64,000 nt of DNA from Eledone cirrhosa (taxonomy: Eukaryota): NCBI GenBank assembly GCA_964016885.1, contig OZ024741.1, positions 351,602,001 to 351,666,000 of the forward strand, read 5' to 3'. Of the stretch, positions 42,801 to 59,450 are shown in pieces. Made by a program: the position numbers and the translations under genes. Below the pieces are notes generated by a model. It saw only the letters and a list, made by a program, of their open reading frames with translations. It made no database searches and was not told the origin of the DNA. Numbering within the stretch: position 1 is the first letter of the stretch; the number at the start of each line of letters is the position of its first letter.

Positions 42801-45800
42801 GCCACTGTCACCACCACAACTACAGACATCACCAACAAGGCTACTGTCACCACCACAACTACAGACATCAACAAGGCCACTGTCACTACCACAACTACAG
42901 ACATCAACAAGGCCACTGTCACCACCACAACTACAGACATCACCAACAAGGCTACAGTCACCACCACAACTACAGACATCAACAAGGCCATTGTCACCAT
43001 CACAACTACAGACATCAACAAGGCCATTGTCACCACCACAACTACAGACATCAACAAGGCCACTGTCACCACCACAACTACAGACATCAACAAGGCCACT
43101 GTCACCACCACAACTACAGACATCAACAAGGCCACTGTCACCATCACAACTACAGACATCAACAAGGCCACTGTCACCATCACAACTACAGACATCAACA
43201 AGGCAATTGTCACCACCACAACTACAGACATCAACAAGGCTACTGTCACCACAACAACTACAGACATCAACAAGGCCATTGTCACCACCACAACTACAGA
43301 CATCAACAAGGCCACTGTCACCATCACAACTACAGACATCAACAAGGCCACTGTCACCATCACAACTACTGACATCAACAAGGCCACTGTCACCACCCCA
43401 ACTACAGACATCAACAAGGCCACTGTCACCACCACAACTACAGACATCACCAAGGCCATTGTCACCACCACAACTACAGACATCAACAAGGCCACTGTCA
43501 CCACCACAACTACAGACATCAACAAGGCCACTGTCACCACCACAACTACAGACATCACCAAGGCCACTGTCACCACCACAACTACAGATATCAACAAGGC
43601 CACTGTCACCACCACAACTACAGACATCACCAACAAGGCCACTGTCACCACCACAACTACAGACATCACCAACAAGGCCATTGTCACCACCACAACTACA
43701 GACATCAACAAGGCCACTGTCACCACCACAACTACAGACATCAACAAGGCCACTGTCACCACCACAACTACAGACATCACCAAGGTCACTGTCACGACCA
43801 CAACTACAGACATCAACAGGGCCACTGTCACCATCACAACTACAGACATCACCAAGGCCACTGTCACCACCACAACTACAGACATCAACAAGGCCACTGT
43901 CACCACCACACCTACAGACATCACCAACACGACCACTGTCACCACCACAACTACAGACATCAACAAGGCCACTGTCACCACCACAACTACAGACATCAAC
44001 AAGGCCACTGTCACCACCACAACTACAGACATCAACAAGGCCACTGTCACCACCACAACTACAGATATCAACAAGGCCACTGTCACCACCGCAACTACAA
44101 ACATCACCAAGGCCACTGTCACCACCACAACTACAGACATCAACAAGGCCACTGTCACCACCACAACTACAGACATCAACAAGGCCACTGTCACCACCAC
44201 AACTACAGACATCAACAAGGCCACTGTCAACACCACAACTACAGACATCAACAAGGCCACTGTCACCACCTCAACTACAGACATCAACAAGGCCACTGTC
44301 ACCACCACAACTACAGACATGAACAAGGCCACTGTCACCACCACAACCACATACATCAACAAGGCCACTGTCACCACCACAACTACAGACATCAACAAGG
44401 CCACTGTCACCACCTCAACTACAGACATCAACAAGGCCACTGTCACCACCACAACTACAGACATCAACAAGGCCACTGTCACCACCACAACTACAGACAT
44501 CAACAATGCCACTGTCACCACCACAACTACAGACATCAACAAGGCCACTGTCACCATCACAACTACAGACATCAACAAGGCCACTGTCACCACCACAACT
44601 ACAGACATCAACAAGGCCACTGTCACCACCACAACTACAGACATCAACAAGGCCACTGTCACCACCTCAACTACAGACATCAACAAGGCCACTGTCACCA
44701 CCACAACTACAGACATCAACAAGGCCACTGTCACCACCACAACTACAGACATCAACAATGCCACTGTCACCACCACAACTACAGACATATACAAGGCCAC
44801 TGTCACCATCACAACTACAGACATCAACAAGGCCACTGTCACCACCACAACTACAGACATCAACAAGGCCACTGTCACCACCACAACTACAGACATCAAC
44901 AAGGCCACTGTCACCACCACAACTACACATATCAACAAGGCCACTGTCACCACCACAACTACAGACATCAACAAGGCCACTGTCACCACCTCAACTACAG
45001 ACATCAACAAGGCCACTGTCACCACCACAACTACAGACATCAACAAGGCCACTGTCACCACCACAACTACAGACATCAACAATGCCACTGTCACCACCAC
45101 AACTACAGACATCAACAAGGCCACTGTCACCACCACAACTACAGACATCAACAATGCCACTGTCACCACCACAACTACAGACATCAACAAGGCCACTGTC
45201 ACCACCACAACTACAGACATCAACAAGGCCACTGTCACCACCACAACTACAGACATCAACAAGGCCACTGTCACCACCACAACTACACATATCAACAAGG
45301 CCACTGTCACCACCACAACTACAGACATCAACAAGGCCACTTTCACCACCACAACTACAGACATCACCAAGGCCACTGTCACCACCACAACTACAGACAT
45401 CAACAAGGCCACTGTCACCATCACAACTACAGACATCAACAAGGCCACTGTCACCACCACAACTACAGACATCGACAAGGCCACTGTCACCACCACAACT
45501 ACAGACATCAACAAGGCCACTGTCACCACCTCAACTACAGACATCAACAAGGCCACTGTCACCACCACAACTACACATATCAACAAGGCCACTGTCACCA
45601 CCACAACTACAGACATCAACAAGGCCACTGTCACCACCACAACTACAGATATCAACAAGGCCACTGTCACCACCGCAACTACAAACATCACCAAGGCCAC
45701 TGTCACCACCACAACTACAGACATCAACAAGGCCACTGTCACCACCACAACTACAGACATCAACAAGGCCACTGTCACCACCACAACTACAGACATCAAC

Positions 45801-48800
45801 AAGGCCACTGTCAACACCACAACTACAGACATCAACAAGGCCACTGTCACCACCTCAACTACAGACATCAACAAGGTCACTGTCACCACCACAACTACAG
45901 ACATGAACAAGGCCACTGTCACCACCACAACCACATACATCAACAAGGCCACTGTCACCACCACAACTACAGACATCAACAAGGCCACTGTCACCACCTC
46001 AACTACAGACATCAACAAGGCCACTGTCACCACCACAACTACAGACATCAACAAGGCCACTGTCACCACCACAACTACAGACATCAACAATGCCACTGTC
46101 ACCACCACAACTACAGACATCAACAAGGCCACTCTCACCATCACAACTACAGACATCAACAAGGCCACTGTCACCACCACAACTACAGACATCAACAAGG
46201 CCACTGTCACCACCACAACTACAGACATCAACAAGGCCACTGTCACCACCTCAACTACAGACATCAACAAGGCCACTGTCACCACCACAACTACAGACAT
46301 CAACAAGGCCACTGTCACCACCACAACTACAGACATCAACAATGCCACTGTCACCACCACAACTACAGACATCAACAAGGCCACTGTCACCATCACAACT
46401 ACAGACATCAACAAGGCCACTGTCACCACCACAACTACAGACATCAACAAGGCCACTGTCACCACCACAACTACAGACATCAACAAGGCCACTGTCACCA
46501 CCACAACTACACATATCAACAAGGCCACTGTCACCACCACAACTACAGACATCAACAAGGCCACTTTCACCACCACAACTACAGACATCACCAAGGCCAC
46601 TGTCACCACCACAACTACAGACATCAACAAGGCCACTGTCACCATCACAACTACAGACATCAACAAGGCCACTGTCACCACCACACCTACAGACATCACC
46701 AACACGACCACTGTCACCACCACAACTACAGACATCAACAAGGCCACTGTCACCACCACAACTACAGACATCAACAAGGCCACTGTCACCACCACAACTA
46801 CAGACATCAACAAGGCCACTGTCACCACCACAACTACAGATATCAACAAGGCCACTGTCACCACCGCAACTACAAACATCACCAAGGCCACTGTCACCAC
46901 CACAACTACAGACATCAACAAGGCCACTGTCACCACCACAACTACAGACATCAACAAGGCCACTGTCACCACCACAACTACAGACATCAACAAGGCCACT
47001 GTCAACACCACAACTACAGACATCAACAAGGCCACTGTCACCACCTCAACTACAGACATCAACAAGGCCACTGTCACCACCACAACTACAGACATGAACA
47101 AGGCCACTGTCACCACCACAACCACATACATCAACAAGGCCACTGTCACCACCACAACTACAGACATCAACAAGGCCACTGTCACCACCTCAACTACAGA
47201 CATCAACAAGGCCACTGTCACCACCACAACTACAGACATCAACAAGGCCACTGTCACCACCACAACTACAGACATCAACAATGCCACTGTCCCCACCACA
47301 ACTACAGACATAAACAAGGCCACTGTCACCATCACAACTACAGACATCAACAAGGCCACTGTCACCACCACAACTACAGACATCAACAAGGCCACTGTCA
47401 CCACCACAACTACAGACATCAACAAGGCCACTGTCACCACCACAACTACACATATCAACAAGGCCACTGTCACCACCACAACTACAGACATCAACAAGGC
47501 CACTGTCACCACCTCAACTACAGACATCAACAAGGCCACTGTCACCACCACAACTACAGACATCAACAAGGCCACTGTCACCACCACAACTACAGACATC
47601 AACAATGCCACTGTCACCACCACAACTACAGACATCAACAGGGCCACTGTCACCATCACAACTACAGACATCAACAAGGCCACTGTCACCACCACAACTA
47701 CAGACATCAACAAGGCCACTGTCACCACCACAACTACAGACATCAACAAGGCCACTGTCACCACCACAACTACACATATCAACAAGGCCACTGTCACCAC
47801 CACAACTACAGACATCAACAAGGCCACTTTCACCACCACAACTACAGACATCACCAAGGCCACTGTCACCACCACAACTACAGACATCAACAAGGCCACT
47901 GTCACCACCACAACTACAGATATCAACAAGGCCACTGTCACCACCGCAACTACAAACATCACCAAGGCCACTGTCACCACCACAACTACAGACATCAACA
48001 AGGCCACTGTCACCACCACAACTACAGACATCAACAAGGCCACTGTCACCACCACAACTACAGACATCAACAAGGCCACTGTCAACACCACAACTACAGA
48101 CATCAACAAGGCCACTGTCACCACCTCAACTACAGACATCAACAAGGCCACTGTCACCACCACAACTACAGACATGAACAAGGCCACTGTCACCACCACA
48201 ACCACATACATCAACAAGGCCACTGTCACCACCACAACTACAGACATCAACAAGGCCACTGTCACCACCTCAACTACAGACATCAACAAGGCCACTGTCA
48301 CCACCACAACTACAGACATCAACAAGGCCACTGTCACCACCACAACTACAGACATCAACAATGCCACTGTCGCCACCACAACTACAGACATCAACAAGGC
48401 CACTCTCACCATCACAACTACAGACATCAACAAGGCCACTGTCACCACCACAACTACAGACATCAACAAGGCCACTGTCACCACCACAACTACAGACATC
48501 AACAAGGCCACTGTCACCACCTCAACTACAGACATCAACAAGGCCACTGTCACCACCACAACTACAGACATCAACAAGGCCACTGTCACCACCACAACTA
48601 CAGACATCAACAATGCCACTGTCACCACCACAACTACAGACATCAACAAGGCCACTGTCACCATCACAACTACAGACATCAACAAGGCCACTGTCACCAC
48701 CACAACTACAGACATCAACAAGGCCACTGTCACCACCACAACTACAGACATCAACAAGGCCACTGTCACCACCACAACTACACATATCAACAAGGCCACT

Positions 48801-51800
48801 GTCACCACCACAACTACAGACATCAACAAGGCCACTTTCACCACCACAACTACAGACATCACCAAGGCCACTGTCACCACCACAAATACAGACATCAACA
48901 AGGCCACTGTCACCATCACAACTACAGACATCAACAAGGCCACTGTCACCACCACAACTACAGACATCAACAAGGCCACTGTCACCACCACAACTACAGA
49001 CATCAACAAGGCCACTGTCACCACCTCAACTACAGACATCAACAAGGCCACTGTCACCACCACAACTACAGACATCAACAAGGCCACTGTCACCATCACA
49101 ACTACAGACATCAACAAGGCCACTGTCACCACCACAACTACAGACATCAACAAGGCCACTGTCACCATCACAACTACAGACATCAACAAGGCCACTGTCA
49201 CCACCACAACTACAGACATCAACAAGGCCACTGTCACCACCACAACTACAGACATCAACAAGGCCACTGTCACCACCACAACTACACATATCAACAAGGC
49301 CACTGTCACCACCACAACTACAAACATCAACAAGGCCACTTTCACCACCACAACTACAGACATCACCAAGGCCACTGTCACCATCACAACTACAGACATC
49401 AACAAGGCCACTGTCACCATCACAACTACAGACATCAACAAGGCCACTGTCACCACCACAACTACAGACGTCAACAAGGCCACTGTCACCACCACAACTA
49501 CAGACATCAACAAGGCCACTGTCACCACCTCAACTACAGACATCAACAAGGCCACTGTCACCACCACAACTACAGACATCAACAAGGCCACTGTCACCAC
49601 CACAACTACAGACATCAACAATGCCACTGTCACCACCACAACTACAGACATCAACAAGGCCACTGTCACCATCACAACTACAGACATCAACAAGGCCACT
49701 GTCACCACCACAACTACAGACATCAACAAGGCCACTGTCACCACCACAACTACAGACATCAACAAGGCCACTGTCACCACCACGACTACACATATCAACA
49801 AGGCCACTGTCACCACCACAACTACAGACATCAACAAGGCCACTTTCACCACCACAACTACAGACATCACCAAGGCCACTGTCACCACCACAACTACACA
49901 TATCAACAAGGCCACTCTCACCAACACAACTACAGACATCAACAAGGCCACTGTCACCACCACAACTACAGACATCAACAAGGCCACTGTCACCATCACA
50001 ACTACTGACATCAACAAGGCCACTGTCACCATCACAACTACAGACATCACCAAGGCCACTGTCACCACCACAACTACAGACATCACCAAGGCCACTGTCA
50101 CCACCACAACTACAGACATCACCAACACGGCCACTGTCACCACCACAACTACAGACATCACCAAGGCCACTGTCACCATCACAACTACAGACATCAACAA
50201 GGCCACTGTCACCATCACAACTTCAGACATCAACAAAGCCACTGTCACCAACACAACTACAGATATCAACAACGCCACTGTCACCACTAAAACTACAGAC
50301 ATCAACAAGGCCACTGTCACCACCACAACAACAGACATCAACAACGCCACTGTCACCACCACAACTACAGATATCAACAAGGCCACTGTCACCACCACAA
50401 CTACAGACATCAACAAGGGCACTGTCACCACCACAACTACAGACATCACCAAGGCCAGTGTCACCACCACAACTACAGACATCACCAAGGCCACTGTCAC
50501 CACCACAACTACAGACATCACCAAGGCCACTGTCACCACCACAACTAGAGACATCAACAAGGCCTCTGTCACCATCACAACTACAGACATCACCAACAAG
50601 GCCACTGTCACCACCACAACTACAGACATCAACAAGGCCACTGTCACCACCACAACTGCAGACATCAACAAGGCCACTGTCACCACCACAACTACAGACA
50701 TCACCAAGGCCACCTCCACCACCACAACTACACATATCAACAAGGCCACTGTCACCACCACAACTACAGACATCAACAAGGCCACTGTCACCACCACAAC
50801 TACAGACATCACCAAGGCCACTGTCACCACCACAACTACAGACATCAACAAAACCACTGTCACCACCACAACTACAGACATCAACAAGTCCACTGTCACC
50901 ACCACAACTACAGACATCAACAAGGCCACTGTCACCACCACAACTACAGACATCACCAACAAGGCCACTGTCACCACCACAACTACAGACATCAACAAAA
51001 CCACTGTCACCACCACAACTACAGACATCAACAAGGCCACTGTCACCACCACAACTACAGACATCAACAAGGCCACTGTCACCACCACAACTACAGACAT
51101 CAACAAGGCCACTGTCACCACCACAACTACAGACATCAACAAGGCCACTGTCACCACCACAACTACAGACATCAACAATGCCACTGTCACCACCTCAACT
51201 ACAGACATCAACAAGGCCACTGTCACCACCACAACTACAGACATCAACAAGGCCACTGTCAACACCACAACTACACATATCAACAAGACCAATGTCACCA
51301 CCACAACTACAGACATCACCAAGGCCACTGTCACCACCACAACTACACATATCAACAAGTCCACTGTCACCACCACAACTACAGACATCAACAAGGCCAC
51401 TGTCACCACCACAACTACAGACATCAACAAGGCCACTGTCACCATCACAACTACTGACATCAACAAGGCCACTGTCACCACCACAACTACAGACATCAAC
51501 AAGGCCACTGTCACCACCACAACTACAGACATCAACAAGGCCACTGTCACCACCACAACTACAGACATCAACAAGGCCACTGTCACCATCACAACTACTG
51601 ACATCAACAAGGCCACTGTCACCACCACAACTACAGACATCACCAAGGCCACTGTCACCACCACAACTACACATATCAACAAGGCCACTGTCACCACCAC
51701 AACTACAGACATCAACAAGGCCACTGTCACCACCACAACTACAGACATCAACAAGGCCACTGTCACCACCACAACTACAGACATCACCAAGGCCACTGTC

Positions 51801-54800
51801 ACCACCACAACTACAGACATCAACAAGGCTACTGTCACCACCACAACTACAGACATCAACAAGGCCACTGTCACCACCACAACTACAGACATCACCAAGG
51901 CCACTGTCACCCCCACAACTACAGACATCAACAAGGCCACTGTCACCACCACAACTACAGACATCACCAAGGCCACTGTCACCACCACAACTACAGACAT
52001 CACCAAGGCCACTGTCACCACCACAACTACAGACATCAACAAGGCCACTGTCACCACCACAACTACAGACATCAACAAGGCCACTGTCACCACCACAACT
52101 ACAGACATCAACAAGGCCACGTCACCATCACAACTACAGACATCAACAAGGCCACTGTCACCACCACAACTACAGACATCAACAAGGCCACTGTCACCAC
52201 CACAACTATAGACATCACCAAAGCCACTGTCACCACCACAACTACAGACATCAACACGGCCACTGTCACCATCACAACTACAGACATCAACAAGGCCATT
52301 GTCACCACCACAACTACAGACATCACCAAGGCCACTGTCACCATCACAACTACAGACATCAACAAGGCCACTGTCACCATCACAACTACAGACATCAACA
52401 AGGCCACTGTCACCATCACAACTACAGACATCAACAAGGCCATTGTCACCACAACAACTACAGACATCAACAAGGCCACTGTCACCACCACAACTACAGA
52501 CATCAACAAGGCCACTGTCGCCATCACAACTACAGACATCAACAAGGCCACTGTCACCATCACAACTACAGCCATCAACAAGGCCATTGTCACCACCACA
52601 ACTACAGACATCAACAAGGCCACTGTCACCATCACAACTACAGACATCAACAAGGCCACTGTCACCATCACAACTACTGACATCAACAAGGCCACTGTCA
52701 CCACCACAACTACAGACATCAACAAGGCCACTGTCACCACCACAACTACAGACATCACCAAGGCCACTGTCACCACCACAACTACAGACATCACCAAGGC
52801 CACTGTCACCACCACAACTACAGACATCAACAAGACCACTGTCACCACCACAACTACAGACATCAACAAGTCCACTGTCACCACCACAACTACGGACATC
52901 AACAAGGCCACTGTCACCACCACAACTACAGACATCAACAAGGCCACTGTCACCATCACAACTACAGACATCAACAAGGCCACTGTCACCACCACAACTA
53001 CAAACATCAACAAGTCCACTGTCACCACCACAACTACGGACATCAACAAGGCCACTGTCACCACCACAACTACAGACATCAACAAGGCCACTGTCACCAT
53101 CACAACTACAGACATCAACAAGGCCACTGTCACCACCACAACTACAAACATCAACAAGTCCACTGTCACCACCACAACTACAGACATCACCAAGGTCACT
53201 GTCACCACCACATCTACAGACATCAACAAGGCCACTGTCACCACCACAATTACTGACATCAACAAGGCCACTGTGACCACCACAACTACAGACATCAACA
53301 AGGCCAGTCACCACCACGACTACAGACGTCACCAAGGCCACTGTCACCACCACAACTATTGACACCAACAAGGCCACTGTCACCACCACAACTACAGACA
53401 TCAACAAGGCCACTGTCACCACCACAACTACAGACATCACCAACAAGGCCACTGTCACTACCACAACTACAGACATCAACAAGGCCACTGTCACCACCAC
53501 ACCTACAGACATCACCAACAAGGCCACTGTCACCACCACACCTACAGACATCACCAACAAGGCCACTGTCACCACCACAACTACAGACATCAACAAGGCC
53601 ACTGTCACCACCACAACTACAGACATCACCAACAAGGCCACTATCACCACCACAACTACACACATCAACAAGGCCACTGTTACCACCACAACTACAGACA
53701 CCAATAAGGCCACTGTCACCACCACAACTACAGACATCAACAAGGCCACTGTCACCACCACAACTACAGACATTAACAAGGCCACTGTCACCACCACAAC
53801 TACAGACATCAACAAGGCCACTGTCACCACCACAACTACAGACATCAACAAGGCCACTGTCACCACCACAACTACAGACATCAACAAGACCACTGTCACC
53901 ACCACAACTACAGACATCAACAAGGCCACTGTCACCACCACAACTACAGACATCAACAATGCCACTGTCACCACCACAACTACAGACATCAACAAGGCCA
54001 CTGTCACCACCACAACTACAGACATCAACAAGGCCACTGTCACCACCACAACTACAGACATCAACAAGGCCACTGTAACCACCACAACTACAGACATCAA
54101 CAAGGCCACTGTCACCACCACAACTACAGACATCAACAAGGCCACTGTCACCACCACAACTACAGACATCAACAAAACCACTGTCACCACCACAACTACA
54201 GACATCAACAAGGCCACTGTCACCACCACAACTACAGACATCAACAATGCCACTGTCACCACCACAACTACAGACATCAACAAGGCCACTGTCACCACCA
54301 CAACTACAGACATCAACAAGGCCACTGTAACCACCACATCTACAGACATCAACAAGGCCACTGTCACCACCACAACTACAGACATCAACAAGGCCACTGT
54401 CACCACCACAACTACAGACATCAACAAGGCCACTGTCACCACCACAACTACAGACATCAACAATGCCACTGTCACCACCTCAACTACAGACATCAACAAG
54501 GCCACTGTCACCACCACAACTACAGACATTACCAAGGCCACTGTCACCACCACAACTACAGACATCACCAAGGCCACTGTCACCATCACAACTACAGACG
54601 TCATCAAGGCCACTGTCACCACCACAACTACAGATATCAACAAGGCCACTGTCACCACCACAACTACAGACATCAACAACGCCACTGTCACCACCACAAC
54701 TACAGACATCACCAACAAGGCCACTGTCACCACCACAACTACAGACATCAACAAGGCCACTGTCACCACCACAACTACAGATATCAACAAGGCCACTGTC

Positions 54801-57800
54801 ACCACCACAACTACAGACATCAACAAGGCCACTGTCACCACCACAACTACAGATATCACCAACAAGGCCACTGTCACCACCACAACTACAGACATCAACA
54901 AGGCCACTGTCACTATCACAACTACAGACATCCACAAGGCCACTGTCACCACCACAACTACAGACATTACCAAGGCCACTGTCACCACCACAACTACAGA
55001 CATCACCAAGGCCACTGTCACCATCACAACTACAGACGTCAACAAGGCCACTGTCACGACCACAACTACAGACATCAACAAGGCCACTGTCACCACCACA
55101 ACTACAGACTTCACCAACAAGGCCACTGTCACCACCACAACTACAGACATCAACAAGGCCACTGTCACTATCACAACTACAGACATCAACAATGCCACTG
55201 TCACCACCACAACTACAGACATCAACAAGGCCACTGTCACCACCACAACTACAGACATCAACAAGGCCACTGTAACCACCACATCTACAGACATCAACAA
55301 GGCCACTGTCACCACCACAACTACAGACATCAACAAGGCCACTGTCACCACCACAACTACAGACATCAACAAGGCCACTGTCACCACCACAACTACAGAC
55401 ATCAACAATGCCACTGTCACCACCTCAACTACAGACATCAACAAGGCCACTGTCACCACCACAACTACAGACATTACCAAGGCCACTGTCACCACCACAA
55501 CTACAGACATCACCAAGGCCACTGTCACCATCACAACTACAGACGTCATCAAGGCCACTGTCACCACCACAACTACAGATATCAACAAGGCCACTGTCAC
55601 CACCACAACTACAGACATCAACAACGCCACTGTCACCACCACAACTACAGACATCACCAACAAGGCCACTGTCACCACCACAACTACAGACATCAACAAG
55701 GCCACTGTCACCACCACAACTACAGATATCAACAAGGCCACTGTCACCACCACAACTACAGACATCAACAAGGCCACTGTCACCACCACAACTACAGATA
55801 TCACCAACAAGGCCACTGTCACCACCACAACTACAGACATCAACAAGGCCACTGTCACTATCACAACTACAGACATCCACAAGGCCACTGTCACCACCAC
55901 AACTACAGACATTACCAAGGCCACTGTCACCACCACAACTACAGACATCACCAAGGCCACTGTCACCATCACAACTACAGACGTCAACAAGGCCACTGTC
56001 ACGACCACAACTACAGACATCAACAAGGCCACTGTCACCACCACAACTACAGACTTCACCAACAAGGCCACTGTCACCACCACAACTACAGACATCAACA
56101 AGGCCACTGTCACTATCACAACTACAGACATCAACAAGGCCACTGTCACCACCACAACTACAGACATCAACAAGGCCACTGTCACCAGCACAACTACAGA
56201 CATCACCAAGGCCACTGTCACCACCACAACTACAGCCATCAACAAGGCCAATGTCACCACCACAACTACAGACATCACCAACAAGGCCACTGTCACCAAC
56301 ACAACTACAGACATCAACAAGGCCACTGTCACCACCACAACTACAGCCATCAACAAGGCCACTGTCACGACCACAACTACAGACATCAACAAGGCCACTG
56401 TCACCACCACAACTACAGACATCACCAAGGCCACTGTCACCAACACAACTACAGACATCAACAAGGCCACTGTCACCACCACAACTACAGACATCAACAA
56501 GGCCACTGTCACCACCACAACTACAGACATCATCAACAAGGCCACTGTCACCACCACAACTACAGACATCAACAAGGCCACTGTCACCATCACAACTACA
56601 GACGTCAACAAGGCCACTGTCACCACCACAACTACAGACATCAACAAGGCCACTGTCACCACCACAACTACAGACATCACCAACAAGGCCACTGTCACCA
56701 CCACAACTACAGACATCAACAAGGCCACTGTCACTATCACAACTACAGACATCAACAAGGCCACTGTCACCACCACAACTACAGACATCAACAAGGCCAC
56801 TGTCACCACCACAACTACAGACATCACCAAGGCCACTGTCACCACCACAACTACAGCCATCAACAATGCCACTGTCACCATCACAACTACAGACATCAAC
56901 AAGGCCACTGTCACCACCACAACTACAGACATTAACAAGGCCACTGTCACTATCACAACTACAGACATCAACAAGGCCACTGTCACCACCACAACTACAG
57001 ACATCAACAAGACCACTGTCACCATCACAACTACAGACATCAACAAGGCCACTGTCACCACCACAACTACAGACATCAACAAGGCCACTGTCACCACCAC
57101 AACTACAGACATCAACAAGGCCACTGTCACCACCACAACTACAGACATCAACAAGACCACTGTCACCACCACAACTACAGACATCAACAAGGCCACTGTC
57201 ACCACCACAACTACAGACATCAACAAGACCACTGTCTCCACCACAACTACAGACATCAACAAGGCCACTGTCACCACCACAACTACAGACATCAACAAGG
57301 CCACTGTCACCACCACAACTATAGACATCACCAAGGCCACTGTCACCATCACAACTACAGACATCAACAAGGCCACTGTCACCACCCCAACTATAGACAT
57401 CACCAAGGCCACTGTCACCAGCACAACTACAGACATCACCAAGGCCACTGTCACTACCACAACTACAGACATCAACAAGGCCACTGTCACCACCACAACT
57501 ACAGACATCAACAAGGCCACTGTCACCAGCACAACTACAGACATCAACAAGGCCACTGTCACCACCACAACTACAGACATCAACAAGGCCACTGTCCCCA
57601 CCACAACTACAGACATCACCAACAAGGCCACTGTCACCACCACAACTACAGCCATCAACAATGCCACTGTCACCACCACAACTACAGACATCAACAAGGC
57701 CACTGTCACCACCACAACTATAGACATCACCAAGGCCACTGTCACCACCACAACTACAGACATCAACAAGGCCACTGTCACCACCACAACTACAGACATC

Positions 57801-59450
57801 AACAAGGCCACTGTCACCACCACAACTACAGACATCAACAAGGCCACTGTCACCACCACAACTATAGACATCACCAAGGCCACTGTCACCATCACAACTA
57901 CAGACATCAACAAGGCCATTGTCACCACCACAACTATAGACATCAACAAGGCCACGTCACCATCACAACTACAGACATCAACAAGGCCACTGTCACCTCC
58001 ACAACTACAGACATCAACAAGGCCACTGTCACCACCACAACTACAGACATCAACAAGGCCACTGTCACCACCACAACTACAGACATCAACAAGGCCACTT
58101 TCACCACCACAACTACAGACATCACCAAGGCCACTGTCACCACCACAACTACAGACATCAACAAGGCCACTGTCACCACCACAACTACAGACATCAACAA
58201 GGCCACTGTCACCACCACAACTACAGACATCACCAACAAGGCGACTGTCACCACCACAACTATAGACATTACCAAGGCCACTGTCACCACCACAACTACA
58301 GACATCACCAAGGCCACTGTCACCACCACAACTACAGACATCAACAAGGCCACTGTCACCATCACAACTACAGACATTAACAAGGCCACTGTGACCACCA
58401 CAACTACAGACATCAACAAGGCCACTATCACCACCACAGCTACAGACATCAACAAGACCACTGTCACCACCACAACTACAGACATCACCAAGACCACTGT
58501 CACCACCACAACTACAGACATCAACAAGGCCACTGTCACCACCACAACTACAGACATCAACAAGGCCACTGTCACCACCACAACTACAGACATCAACAAG
58601 GCCACTGTCACCACCACAACTACAGACATCAACAAGGCCACTATCACCACCACAGCTACAGACATCAACAAGACCACTGTCACCACCACAACTACAGACA
58701 TCACCAAGACCACTATCACCACCACAGCTACAGACATCAACAAGGCCACTATCACCACCACAGCTACAGACATCAACAAGACCACTGTCACCACCACAAC
58801 TACAGACATCACCAAGACCACTGTCACCACCACAACTACAGACATCAACAAGGCCACTGTCACCACCACAACTACAGACATCAACAAGGCCACTGTCACC
58901 ACCACAACTACAGACATCACCAACAAGGCGACTGTCACCACCACGACTATAGACATTACCAAGGCCACTGTCACCACCACGACTATAGACATTACCAAGG
59001 CCACTGTCACCACCACAACTATAGACATCACGAAGGCCACTGTCCCCACCACAACTACAGACATCAACAAGGCCACTGTCACCATCACAACTACAGACAT
59101 CAACAAGGCCACTGTCACCACCACAACTACAGACATCAACAAGGCCACTATCACCACCACAGCTACAGACATCAACAAGACCACTGTCACCATCACAACT
59201 ACAGACATCAACAAGGCCACTGTCACCATCACAACTACAGACATCAACAAGGCCACTGTCACCACCACAACTACAGACATCAACAAGGCCACTATCACCA
59301 CCACAGCTACAGACATCAACAAGGCCACTGTCACCACCACAACTACAGACATCAACAAGGCCACTATCACCACCACAGCTACAGACATCAACAAGACCAC
59401 TGTCACCACCACAACTACAGACATCACCAACAAGCCCACTGTCACCAACA
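20646..59450 (+). repeat. ~38.8-kb tandem array of a 36-bp unit (GCCACTGTCACCACCACAACTACAGACATCAACAAG), about 1,070 copies, with 39-bp variants and higher-order duplications
   Basis: Directly visible. The unit is 14 A, 14 C, 4 G, 4 T, has one GGCC and no CpG. Copy number is estimated as length divided by unit size. Confidence 0.99.

Noticed and set aside
20646-59450. CRISPR array (36-bp repeat length)
   Set aside because: Units are directly adjacent with no unique spacers, there are no cas genes, and the context is eukaryotic.
20646-59450. Telomeric or subtelomeric repeat
   Set aside because: No TTAGGG-type motif is present, and ordinary interspersed-repeat sequence lies on both sides.
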